DNA of 63,562 nucleotides, counting the filler, from Sphacelaria rigidula (taxonomy: Eukaryota): assembly GCA_964200075.2 (NCBI GenBank). It is 10 parts of 10 records of this genome, joined end to end, with 100 filler letters (N's around TTAATTAATTAA, not from the genome) between each part and the next. Parts side by side here need not be neighbours in the genome. Positions count along the whole stretch, not along the records: positions 6,368 to 12,634 come from CAXNAA020021129.1; positions 12,735 to 19,001 come from CAXNAA020021130.1; positions 19,102 to 25,368 come from CAXNAA020021131.1; 7 more parts are not named here. One strand, written 5' to 3'. The notes beneath the pieces were generated by a model, which was not told the origin of the DNA, searched no databases, and saw only the letters and a program-made list of their open reading frames with translations. Of the stretch, positions 10,995-23,574 are shown in pieces. The position numbers were made by a program, and so were the translations under genes. How positions within the stretch are numbered: the first letter of the stretch is position 1; every line of letters begins with the position of its first letter.

Positions 10995-12589
10995 CGCGGC
11001 AGCCCTGCTTGAACGTATTAGACATGTAGTGACAACGATATTTCAATGGTAGCTTGGAATGTTGCGTGAACTAGATGCAAACGGGTATGTCCCGTGGTAC
11101 GCTGCGTTTCATACTACATTACTCCATTGATGGCAGTGCTCATGGCAAATCCGCGAAAAAGCAGAAAAATATTGAAAAATATCGGCCAAGACAGACATAA
11201 CACTCAGAGGATGGCCGACGATCAAACGATCCCCTTCCTACCCCCAGTATATTTTCATGTCCTCTTCCTCGTACACTTCCTGATCTCGCATACCTTCCCA
11301 TACTTGCTCGACTAGGCTATCCCACCTTATTCCAGCCCGTCTTTGTTGTCATTTTTTTTCATACGGCCTTTAACAATGGCTGACAATCTCGATCTTGGCA
11401 TGTTCCGAACGTTCTGTTGCCATTCATCCGGGGATTTACCTGAGGTGATGCACAATCGTGGTCTCTTAGTCGATGGGCAGAGATCATCGCGTGCGTGTGT
11501 GTCAGTCGGGGGCCGCGTTGTGCGACGACCTACCGACGCTGCATGCCGTGGCTTTCTATGGTGGATTTTCTCTTGCGTCGAAGTTGCATTGAGCCCCGTC
11601 ACGTACCCTCGTACACAAGCCGCACTTGTACCGGGCAACGGAGGCTGGGCGAAAATGACGCTTGACGTATGTTATGAACCTTTAGCTCGATCTACAGGTT
11701 GGCGCCAAGGGGCTGTCTGACTCCACTCTAATAGCGAGTAAAATGTATATATGCGATCATGTCGGCATTAGTACTCGTTTCGTATACCTCGCACAGAATC
11801 GAAATTCCCTCAACAACTCCCTCCCTTCCACTCGACGGAGATCGTCCGTCGGGCCGTCAGCCGAACGGTTGTACTGGGAAAAGACTCCGCGCTGAAAAGG
11901 TTAATGATACGAAAACAAATAATTTCAAGTGTAGTCAGCCTCTCATCTGTGTTTGGTCGCTGCCTGTCTGTGTCAAGCGGTGGGAGGGATGGTATCGCAG
12001 TCTCTTTCCGGCCACTGGTCAGAGTATACTGCGGGATAATCTCCGCTTCGTGGCTTCTACGGAAGTGTCACGAACGTTTGCACGCGCACACCACAGAGAT
12101 CTACCGCTGTACATGCATGCCGTCGTTTCCTCTTCTTCGTAACTCTACCGTAAATCTCTAGGGGCTATTTCAAATAACAGCATAAAGGGGGACAGTTTCA
12201 AACACAACATAAAGGTGGTATCACGGCCTGATGTCGGTATGCCCACCCTGGAGTGAGTGTCCTCTACCGTAGACTTTCGTGTACTTATGACGAGACGAAC
12301 CCTGTTCCTGTGAACCCACTGCATGATACTCGGTAGCCGACATTATCGTATGCTGTACGTCTTTCTTCACGCTGCGCCCCCAATCTTGGCCAAATATACC
12401 CCCCCCCCCAAGTCACTGTTGAGCCGTCACCTACGATCTACGATGACTGTTGGGCCCCATCTTATTATCGAGACAAGAAAACGGCGAGAAAGATTTTGTG
12501 ATAATGGGAAGGATAGCCATTTACGTCCCATTTCGCATTTTCATCGCATTGTTCCCCCGCTCTGTGACGGTTTAAGAGACAACCAAATA

Positions 12590-12627
12590 GACTACTGACC
12601 TAGTCAGCGCTGACTAGGTCAGTAGTC
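12590..12627. repeat. Perfect 38-bp palindrome
   Basis: GACTACTGACCTAGTCAGCGCTGACTAGGTCAGTAGTC equals its own reverse complement. Confidence 0.97.
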
Positions 12628-12634
12628 GAGTTGG

Positions 12635-12734
12635 NNNNNNNNNNNNNNNNNNNNNNNNNNNNNNNNNNNNNNNNNNNNTTAATTAATTAANNNNNNNNNN
12701 NNNNNNNNNNNNNNNNNNNNNNNNNNNNNNNNNN
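12635..12734. other. Artificial scaffold spacer
   Basis: N44-TTAATTAATTAA-N44. Confidence 0.99.
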
Positions 12735-13890
12735 GTGTACACCGCATTCGTTAGGTGCACCTAGCCACAGCTGCTTAACTGCTGCGGACATTTGGGGGGG
12801 ATGGCTTCGCTCGGTCGCAAGTGTTTCGCGTCTTCCCTGCAAAAGAGAAATGCCACTTCAATCTCATTTCTTGTATGAACCCCATTTTCTAGGATCCACT
12901 GTTTTTCATCGATTGATTGGTGTTTATTTGAGAATACCGTGCCGAGCCAGTCGAGAAGCAGCTCGAGTGAAAGCTCTTGCCAGTGAAGTGAATCCAATGT
13001 ATATGTTTTTGCATTGACCTTGTCAATGGCAGAAGTCTACAATTTCAGATTTTCTGGAACGGTCGAATAATTCCTGCGACGATTTCACCGCCGACTTGCC
13101 CTTAGAGACCTTACACGCGGCCTTATACGCTTTCTTTAGTAGCTTGCAAGAGTCGGACAAATAAAAGATTCGTCTGGAAATAAATTGGTTCTAGTGTAAC
13201 TGATTCGAATCGTACGAATCAATCCCCAGGCTTTGTTTTCAGCGTTGCAACCCAGGTACACCCAGCCCAGACACGTGGAATGGCGCAAAAGTTGCGTGGA
13301 TACCCCTTGGACCAGCGGTCAACTTTTCTTCTCCCTTTTGGGCAATCAGGCCGAAAAATCGTGAATTTGGTTATTCGAATCCGTGGTTATTCGTCCTAAC
13401 CGTGGTAGTTTGTCACTGAAGCGTCTAGCATCCTTGAGTAGGATATCGACGCACACATAGCTGTAAGTCCCATCATTGTCGACTCGGGGTATTTAGAGAT
13501 CTCCGATTTTTTCGGGACTGGAAAGATAGAATCAAAGCGGGTGTGCCTAGGTGAGGGAAGACACGGACAACAGCTTATCTCGCCTTTCACAAAAATGGTG
13601 GCAGTGATTTTTTGAGCACTGAAAAAATCAAAATGACGGGGTGTTTTCCATTAATGAAATCAGCCGCCGTCGCATCTTTAAAATGCTTCCAGCAACGGAT
13701 TTCCTTTTCTGGAACACGAACGGCGACACTTCACTTCTCACAACTATTGTTCCGTCTGTTATCATTTCCAGAGACGTTCGAAATAGATTGCCTTGTGTCC
13801 AGGGCGCTTCCAATTTCAATTTATCTTGGTGTTTGTGACGTTGCGGTCTTGGATTGCGGCGGTAAAACCGGAGCGACCCCGTATGGACCC
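12735..13890 (-). pseudogene. Degenerate reading frame of unknown identity, split by a hAT MITE
   Basis: Removing 13147-13404 plus one TSD gives the continuous peptide DNDGTYSYVCVDILLKDARRFSDKLLKKAYKAACKVSKGKSAVK; stops and frameshifts elsewhere. Confidence 0.35.
13147..13404 (-). mobile_element. hAT-type MITE family H
   Basis: Reverse-orientation copy; flanks GTAGCTTG / GTAGTTTG (7/8 TSD). Confidence 0.9.
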
Positions 13891-15429
13891 TTGTTAGAAG
13901 TGGATGTAAAATGAAGGTCTGCCGCACGCATCCGGGGTATGGTAACGTGTCGTCGCACGGAAGCATAAGTTGTATTGAAGCATGAATCGTGTTCGTGTCA
14001 TCGCCGTCGCGCTACATTCGCAGGGGCCCGCAGCAAGCCGGCGCCGAGACGCGAGCGTTTCCCGGCGAATTCTCGCTGGGTCGTCCCGCACAAGTCCCAG
14101 CCACTACCATGCCTATTTTCAAGTACACGTACAGGACTTCCTTCCCGGTATGCCATAGACTGTAAGTTGCAAACTACTATTTCTCGGGAAGACAGGAGAC
14201 AGCGCAAGCGTCAAGCAGCTGAACGCTGGGCCGAGGGGCCTCATATCGGGAAATGACGGGACCACCACCCCCAGGTGGCCCAAGCCCCATTCTGGGGTCG
14301 CAAGAGGGGAGGGGGGGGGGGGGGACCCCGGGTGTCCAATTTAAGGAGGGGGGATACCCCCCTGATCAATGGATAATGGCGAAAGCAGTTGCTGCATGTG
14401 TGTGCATCGTTCTTAGAACACAGACCTATGTACGGTACATTAAATATGCTGCTTGCTGTTGTGTTGACACTCCATACGAAACGCAAGGTGACGCGTTCGG
14501 CGGTACTACCTGCTCACTGCACCGCGGCAGGGTGCAGGATGACAAAACACACCGCAGGACATCACATCCTCAGCCTATCCCTGTCGTGCATTGGTTTCGC
14601 GCTATCCTATGCAGTTTGCCACATCGTGAACGCAGCCGCTTGTATCTGCGGCCAAGGTGTACGCGGGATATCACCCCTCGCTACGCGCTATATCTCTACG
14701 CCACATTTTGTAAAGCTGTCCGTGTTGTAGCTACAGCGTGCGTTTGCCCCAGGTTGTGCACGCAGGAGGGAAAGGCCGCCTCCGCCGCTGTATCTTAGGC
14801 GAAGCTGAATGGTAACAGCTGCGGCTGGTGCGCCCATATATACCGAGATGCGGTTCACTTATAATGCAGGGTCTGGTACATTTCCGCATGTAAATGAATG
14901 TAATGTTACTCAGTAAGATCGTGAAACAATCCGCAATATCTAGGCGAACTGCAGGTGATGCAACCACCGAAATATTCACCTGAAAACTTTGCTCCAGTGC
15001 ACTGTGAGTTGATATCATCAGAAGGACAATACGATAACCACCTTGTTGGCTGCCAGACTGTCAGGACGTAGGATGCGCTAGCATTGCTACTGTCTGTACG
15101 GGGATGTTGCCCCCTTGTCGGGTACGTGGGGAACTGTCCGTGGCAGAACGCAGTGGTCGCGTCAAGCAGCTGCACGCTGGGCGTTTTCACTCCAGACTTC
15201 GATTTGGAGGATGATACTAGGTAGGCAGCAGCAACTGCCAAGTGTCCAGCTGCCCCTTGGAGCAAGATGCTTTTGGTTTCTGTTTGACAAAGCTTCCCCC
15301 CCAAAACGAAGTCAATAGGGGCTTTAGAGGGGGAAAATCTAGTAGAAAAGGTCGCAAATATCGAGTCGCACAAAACTGGTCAGCCGAATTTTTACCCGGC
15401 GCAGAAACTAATTCCACTTTGTGAACTTG

Positions 15430-16500
15430 AAAAAAAAAAGTCGTATCTTTTTCTTGAGGCCTGAGTGAAGCCGACGAGAGGTCCCCATCTCATCTGAGAC
15501 ACAGCCGTCAAACAGATCATTCCAGCAGCCACCGAATTTTCTCGTCCAGGTGTGGTTAGTTCAGAGGCCACTCTCGAAACCTCGGAGCCGAGCGAATCGG
15601 AAAAGTGGGCCAGATTCCTTTTGATTGGTGATGCCATGTGTCCAAGACGTGATGGCGATATCACCTGTTTCGGGGCCAACAACCGTGTAGAACGTCTCGA
15701 ACATTGAAATACGCTCCCCCATTAAAATGTACCAACCGTGAGAACTGGTCTGATGGGCGAGAATCGGCCAACTTTGGAATGAATCGCACCGATATAGAGG
15801 CTAAAACAAGCACTGCCCACTACAAGGTGAACTGAGCTGCGGAATTCGGTCGAGTCCACCACACACCCTACAAGCAGGGGAGAAATTAACTACGCTAGCT
15901 CGGGACTAGCTGTGGATTGAGTTAGTCCTGCACTTGGTGGGGTTGCGCATAGAGGTGTTTCGATCTTCATAGCTGTTGTCGGTCAATCAATAGGAAGGAT
16001 TTCCGGTCTTGTATGGATGGGACGGGGACCGTGCGATGTTGAAGGGTGGGGAAATCTCTAGTCGCACCTTGTAAAGGTGAGTGTCACACGAAGGGCTGCG
16101 AAACAACATTTCAAGGTTCAAGACCCATGGAAAAGGTCCTGCCACAGTAGCGGAAGCCAGGGAGCGATTTGCCTCCAACAAAATGTTTGCTTGTTCTCTG
16201 TTGATAACAATTGATGGAAGGCCTCTCAAATACTCAAGTGCGTGCTTGAATCTGTACCGGCCACCGATATGGCAGCGGTGTAAAATAGGTGAGACTTCAT
16301 GACGTCCCGGATTCCCCAAAACGCAAGACTCAGGCACCGTCACCTGGCAGTCGTTCATTTGGCTGTATCCTCAGAGTCAGTAATAGCTTCTTGACGCTCC
16401 CACCATTCTAGCCCCAGATCTATTGCAGTGGAGAATCTGTAGTGGGCTCTTGACGGAAAGCGTGGTCAAAGAGGTTGCTTACAAAATACGTTGCTGAACA
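15430..16500 (-). pseudogene. Possible decayed DDE transposase (Mutator-like/DUF6729-like)
   Basis: Frameshifted peptides HRCHIGGRYRFKHALEYLRGLPSIV, RCDSF/KVG, ISMFETFYTVVGPETGDIAITSWTHG, LFDGCVSDEMG in plausible order; resemblance by eye only. Confidence 0.25.
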
Positions 16501-17576
16501 TGTTACATGCATACATGGTTCTATTCTCCCCTCTCCCTCTTCTGGGCGCCTAAACCTAGCCTGCAGCTACCTACTTGACATGCAACACAATCGCTCAACG
16601 TTTCCCACTACGTGGTACACTCTCTTCAAACGGCCGACAACTAAGCAGCTCCGCACCTCCTGTCGAATGTTCATTTTATTTCACTGCAGTCTTTCGTACT
16701 CTTCGGGCCTTTTTGGCCACGCTAGCGCTACGATCCAGTGGCGAAACACTCTCGCCCGCCCACAGGTTGAGTGATCGTTACCCGCTGGTTACATTGCACT
16801 TCTACTGTACAACGTCATTCCACCCCCACGCACTTCTCTTAGAACTACCAGCCATCGTCTGCTTCTTCTTCCGCTTTTGCCCTGGATTTCGCCGTCATCT
16901 CGGCCAACTCCTCCGCCGTCTGTTACAGGGACATGAGGGCATACATACATGATGTGAACAACGTGAAAAAAATGGTTGTTGACAAACGCATTCCCATGCC
17001 GGGGGCTTCGGCGCAGCCTTCACCACTGCCTTCTAACGCATCTCCTGCATGGTTTTCTTCTCTTCCATGACCTATCTTCCACGTTCGCCAACAATAGCAT
17101 TGGCACTTCGCTGGCTCGTGGGATAAAATAACCAGCTTCCGTCTTTTCCTCATCACTTGTGCGCTTTTGTCTGACCCGCCGTGACAAATTTCGCCGAGTC
17201 CTTCCGGAGGGTACTTGACACGCAAGTATGATCCCCATTCTTCGCGCGAACCAAGCATCAAGGCCGGCTCGCGCACCCCGAAGGCTTTTAGTTTCTCAGC
17301 AACCTATTTCTTCAAGGCGGGCGCCCTCTTCACGCCTGCAGCAGGAATATACCCGAATCACATTACATGGCTATCCCTCCATGAAATCTTGACTATAACT
17401 TCGATAGCTTGCTTAGCTTGTCGAACAATCCAAGACAGGTCGCGACGGCCCTCGCACTTTCAAGCGATATCCACCACTCACCGTTCGTTACCTTGTACAT
17501 TTTTTTTATTTTTTCAGGTTTTGTCTCCTGTTCCAAGCTGGGGCGGGCAAGAGCACGGGGAGTCGCCAATATCGCT

Positions 17577-17821
17577 ACGCGGAGCGAACCTCCCCGAGCT
17601 GTGCCCCGAAAAATTGACGCGTGATTGGCAAGGTACTTGCCGATACATGTTTTCGAAACCTTGAGTATCGTTTTGATATTTTGGTCAAGATACAACCGAC
17701 CTACTGAATTGACCGTTATCAGAAAAACGAAAAGTTAGGGTCTGAAAACATGTGTCGGCGAGTACCTTGCCAGCCACGTGTCAAGTTGTCAGCTCAAAAC
17801 TCGACGAGGTTCGCTTCGCGT
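17577..17821. mobile_element. MITE-like inverted repeat, ~85-bp arms
   Basis: TGGCAAGGTACTTGCCGATACATGTTTTC pairs with GAAAACATGTGTCGGCGAGTACCTTGCCA, and ACGCGGAGCGAACCTC with GAGGTTCGCTTCGCGT. Confidence 0.75.
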
Positions 17822-19001
17822 GGGCAAGATTATTGCAGATAGTGTTGAGAGAGTCAATCGTCAATCACACCACATCAAAGCGTTCCAATAATCGCTCCAC
17901 ATAAAACGTTACGCACAAAATAGGGCAATATAGTGTTTGTTTCCGCTATATCTTTCGAGAGAAGATGGATCGCAGAATGAGACCTTCACCGTTTTTTCTT
18001 GCATCGGGATCAATACTCTCAAAAGCTTTTGGCCGGATTAGAAACAATAAATGTCTGTGAAGAACGTTAACTCTTTTGGGACCGGACCTCCACTAACACA
18101 GGGTTGACCCTGTGTTGGTGGAAAAATAAAAAATAACTCTTCGAGCGATTTGCCCAATCACGGCGAGGCGAAATTTATCGACCAGACCCGAACGACCAGC
18201 GCAGGGATTGTTGCCGAGTGTGATGTCACTGCAAAGATCGTGTGGGGGGCCTATCCCTGGCCCAGATAAGCCTCTCCAGGTTTCCAAGTGCAGGATGGTC
18301 GCGCCTTGGTTTTATGGTATTACTTGCACTCAGTACACCGTTCCCGAGTTTTTCCAAAGTGTTTTTTGGGTCCCAATTCTTTACTAAAACGCAGTAATTA
18401 ACACCAACACAGGGTGGGCCGGAAAAAAACGGGAAGGAATGTACATGCCACCATGTGATCACTTTCACGAGGTACAAAATCCAGGTGGGCTGGGGAAAGA
18501 CAAAAGGAGCTACCGTCATGAATTCTGCGTATCCCTCTGCGGATGACTTGCAGTGTGCAGTTCATATGTAGTGGACGGGGATGACAACGCTGATAATAGG
18601 CAGCTGATTTCGGTAGCTGAGAATTGCCCAGAACGTGCAAGGGAGTATGCAGCGGCAGCTGCCGCTTCAGTTGGAGAGGCGTACTATACTGTACTGTACT
18701 ATACTGTTGTATGCATGCGCGCCGCAACGCTAATACCGTTCGAAGAGAATTCGCCGCATGCAACAAGGTGGGAAATGGCGGTCCACCCCGACCACAAAGG
18801 GCTGTGTGGCAAGGTGATGGGGACAAAAGTTTCATCGAAGCCACGAGTGGCGGGCGGCCCGCCGGTCGTCGCATCCTGTTGGAAGCTCTTTACCACGACC
18901 CATACTGCTTGCTACATTAGATGTATACCACCTAATGCGCCCCCTGCACCTGAAAATAGATTGGAACTTTCGGTCTTTGCCATAACCCTGCGGTTACATA
19001 C

Positions 19002-19101
19002 NNNNNNNNNNNNNNNNNNNNNNNNNNNNNNNNNNNNNNNNNNNNTTAATTAATTAANNNNNNNNNNNNNNNNNNNNNNNNNNNNNNNNNNNNNNNNNNN
19101 N
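19002..19101. other. Artificial scaffold spacer
   Basis: N44-TTAATTAATTAA-N44. Confidence 0.99.
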
Positions 19102-19489
19102 ATCGAGGGAAACAGAAGGACGCGAAATCGTCAACCCTCTGGCTCGTAAGATGGGAGAGTTTCATTTTTCTGACAGTACGGCAGACCAACCACGGAGAAT
19201 GCGTAAGAGGTCTCGGGTAGAGGTCAACAATGTACGGGATGGGCACGAGTAGGAGCATAGCAGCAGAGAGCAGAGTACAAATAGCGGATGCGTAGAACAG
19301 ACGCAACGTATTTTTTAGCTCCGCAGGCGGCTTTTATGAGTAACTCATTTCAGAAAAATAAAAAAATCGGAACACCAATCTTCGTTTTCAAACCCGATCC
19401 TAAATGATCACTGTTATGGCTCGTACAACGCATCTTCGCTTGCCAGATATACAGTTGCACCTTTAGCACTGTCCTGCGCATCAGCCCGT

Positions 19490-22400
19490 GTGAGAGTCAC
19501 AGCCAGAGTAAACGGCACTCCCGCTCAAAAAATCACAATCGATTCCGCAGCAGACGTGCCCTGTATCAGCAAAACGTTCACCGATGAATACCCGGCCATA
19601 ATGGCAGCTGATATAAAACCAGTACCGCCAGGTTCGATAGACCTCAGGAGTGCGGACGGCTCACCCATGAGAATTTTAGGTTTCATACGTTTTGAACTTA
19701 CGTTAGGGATAAAAATCCTACCAGTAGAAGCGTTCGTGTTACCTAACCTAGAACCGGATTGCCGTTTACTGGACAATTCCGTTATGAGTGCTTTCCAAGC
19801 TATACTCGACTGGCAGGCAGAAGAGCTAACATTCCGCGATTCCAGTGTAAAAGTCAAAGCATCGCATCGAAAACAACGGCGTCCACAAAATACAACACAC
19901 CCCGGAACGACACATTGTTCTGTAGTCAGTGTGAACTGTTCACGAAGAAATGCAACGTGCCCCCGCAGAGTGAGATGGCCGTATTAGTTGAAACGGAAAA
20001 TACCCCGTCAAGAACAACAGCAGCCGTCGTAGAGCCACGCATTATAACCGAAGAAGACATTCGATTAACCGATGTACCCCAAGCGTTCACGCGCATCATC
20101 GGTGCAAGGACGGTGTGCACATGGTCGGCAACAAATAAGACGGCAATGGTACAAATCGCGAATCCGTCGAATCGACATGTGAACCTGAAACGTAATACGA
20201 TTTTAGGCTATATCACTCCAGCACAAGAAACAAAACCAGCTACAGTCAGTGCAATGGCGGGAAATAAGGTGTCAGAGAGAAAAAATGCGAAAGAGGAATT
20301 ACGTCCGGCTTTCGCAAAGCTTTCGAAAATACGACTTTTTCCCCGCAACAATGCTCTCAAATACTGGATCTTTGCGCACAATACCGTTCGGTGTTTTCAC
20401 TTAATCCGCAGGAGTTGGGCTGCTGTACGTTAGACGAAGCACGTTTTCCGCTCAAACCTGGGACTCAGCCAGTAGACCGAGCACCATAGAGAGCAAACCC
20501 CAGAGTGCAAGACGCAATCGACAAATGCGTCGACCAAATGGGAAAAGATTATATAGTCGAACAACGCCCAAGCCCGTGGGGATCAGCGGTTACAATAGTC
20601 GCAAAAGCAGATGGAACAGCACAATTTTGCGTAGATTATCGAGCAACAAAAAATAAAAACTTGATTCGCAAATCATGGCCCATGCCAGCTATCGAAAGTC
20701 ACATAGATACAGTAGCGGGGGCGAAACTCATAACAGTTTGCGATGTACAACGTGCGTTCCACCAGATACCAGTAGCGGGGGCGAAAAAGAGAAAACAGCG
20801 TTTGTAACTCAGAGAGGGAAATGGGTGTTCAACCGGTTACCGTTTGGTTTAGCTTGTTCACCCTTCATCTTCTCACGCATAATGGCACTAGCATTTGCAC
20901 ACTTCGGACCTAAGAGTGGCTTACTAGTATATATGGATGACATAGTTTATTGTTCATCAAGCTGGGAGAGCCATCTCACCCTACTAGAAAGCACGTTCCA
21001 AGCACTGCAAACAGCAGGCCCTACACTAAAGCCGACAAAAATCCAATTTGGTCCAAAGCAAGTAAAATATTTGGGTCATGTACTGTCCGCAGATGGCATC
21101 AGAGTGAGTGATGAAAGAATAAAAGCTATCCTCGACTTGCCGAAACCCACAAATATCAAAGAGTTGAGATCAGTACTCGGTACAATAAACTTCGTACGGA
21201 AATTCATACCAGACTTGGCTACAACCATAGCACCACTGGTAGATGTCACAAAAAAAGGGGCGGCAAAACAAGTGTCGAAACTCTGGAATACTGAACATGA
21301 TGAAGCCTTCGAGAAAATTAAAAAATTGATGACTGAGGCACCCGTCCTTCATTTTCCAGATTTTACGAAAGACTTCCATCATAAACGTTGATGCTTCAGA
21401 CCGTGGGGCTGGGGCCTAAGTCTCCCAAAGGAAAGGCGAAGACGAGGCAATCGTAGCATACTTCAGTCAACGTTTCAACGACGCCCAGGCCCGCTATTCG
21501 CCCACTATGAAAGAATGTTTTACGCAGCCGTACTAGCGATTCAACATTTCAGAGCTTTTCTCTGGGGACGTCACTTTACGCGAGTGACAGACCATGCCGC
21601 TCTTCGATATTTGTATGCGATGCAGGATACAAGTAATATGTCGACCCGATGGGCGATCGCATTGCAATCGTATGATTTCACGGTCAAACATAAACCGGGG
21701 AAACTTCATCTTATACCGGACACCCTCTCACGGCTATTTGCGTTTGAAAAGCGACAGGAAGCAAAAATGAAGCCGTTGCTTGCGCCGATATGCCGTAACG
21801 TCTCAGAAAACTCTGAGTTACAGGTAGCTAAGCCACAACATCAGTTCCAGATTTCAGCTGAAAAGCTCGACAATTTGAAACCGGTGCAAAGTGATCGAGA
21901 GTTGTTCACCGTGAAATCAGTACACGTAAGCGCAACGAACGTCTTCACGTCAATCAACCGCAAAAAATTGCGAGAAGAGCAAGCACTAGAGTACGGCCCC
22001 TACATCGAATATATCACGGAAAAAGATGCTCCGATACCAGAAAAAGAATCGCTCACATCGATGTCAAATTATTCAGTACATGACGGGATTTTATTCAAAT
22101 CTTACTTGCCGAGACACTTGAAAAAACGAAGCACAGTTTGTGACCAACTTGTGCTACCTAAGACCCTAATAGGCTTGGTGCTACATGCGTACCACGACCA
22201 TGCACTATCAGGAGGCCACTTGGGATTCAAGCGCACATACGACAAAATCCGACCGACGTATTATTGGCCATCAATGAACCGCGATATCAAGGATTGGTGC
22301 TTAAAATATCAGAGTTGCCAACGCCGAAAGACGCCTCGCCGGCAAAAATTGTCAATGGGACACATTCCAGTAGAGAGGCCATATGAACGAGTGCTGGTTG

Positions 22401-23574
22401 AATGCAAAACGGTTTCAATGTCCAACGCCGGAGTACTATGTAAATACGTACTGACAGTAATGGACCACCTCACAAGGTATGCTTTGCTCATTCCAGTCCC
22501 GAATAAACAAGCCATGGCGATAGCCAAAACCCTTATCGACAGAGTTTTTACAACATTTGGCATCCCAATGAAGCTCCACAGCGATCAAGGGGCCGAGTTT
22601 GAGAACAAGTTAATATACGCATTGCAACAAGAGTTAGGTTTCGATAAGACACGTACGATCCCACTACGTCCGCAAGGCAACTCAGTGTCGGAACGCGTCC
22701 ACTCCACTATGCACATGATGTTATCGATGCATATGTCAATCGGAAACAAAAACTGGGCATCCATGCTTCAATTCGTCCAAATGGCGTACAACACCTTTTA
22801 TCATAACACAGTACAAGAGACACCGTATTTTCTGTTGTTTGGAAGACAGCCCAGGTTGCCAGTGGACATGATTCTTTACCAGAAGAGAGCCAAGCGGCGG
22901 CGACACCCGACGAATTTTCCAAGGAGACACGAGAAGACCTACAGTTTGGATTCGAAATCGCGAGACAAGCCTTACGAGAAAGGGCGAACGAGCAAGAAAA
23001 CAAAAACAAACTAAAATCTTTCCCAGTGTTAAAACTGGGGCAAGATGTACTTTTGTATCGACTATTTCAAGACTCAGAAGGGCCGAATCCCAAACTCCAG
23101 TTACCATGGAGAGGTCCATTCACGATAACCGAGAGGCGATCGCCGGTTGTATACAGAATCAAAATAGGCGACGGCTCCAAGGAAACATCAGTACATCTCG
23201 CTCATCTCAAGAAATATCACCCGCGAGAAACCGCACCAGCACCAGACTTTGACAAGTTGAGCGAGCTGTTCTTAGGTAGACAGATACCTCTACCAGAGAT
23301 AGACCAACCAGACGGAACATTGCCCACAATAGAACGCTACACCGTCGAAAAAGTGGTAGGTCACGCGCCAGGCCCAGGTCGGAGGAGTAGCCATAACTAT
23401 AAATACCGGTTGAGACTCAAAGGTTACGGCCCAGCGGCTGACCTGGCCTACCGTGCGGATGAAATACCGCAATACAGACATCTCATTGATAAGTACCGTC
23501 ATGACAATGGGTTAGCTGAACGCTCACATCCGGACTCGAACTCCAAGACTACAGGGAAACGAAAACGGACGTGA
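19490..23574 (+). mobile_element. pol: Decayed Ty3/gypsy (chromovirus-type) pol: protease-RT-RNase H-integrase-GPF-chromodomain
   Basis: Protease IDSAAD and LLDNSVM; RT SPWGS, FCVDYR, RLPFGL, YMDD, KYLGH; RNase H VDASD and VTDHAAL; integrase H..GGHLG..YYWP, LHSDQGAEF, GNSVSER; KLQLPWRGPF; chromodomain YTVEKVVGH..YRLRLKGYG. Split into six ORFs by frameshifts and stops. Confidence 0.97.

Noticed and set aside
10423..11046. 207-aa ORF and antisense ORFs overlapping the sulfotransferase
   Set aside because: Shadow frames of a GC3-rich gene; no motifs.
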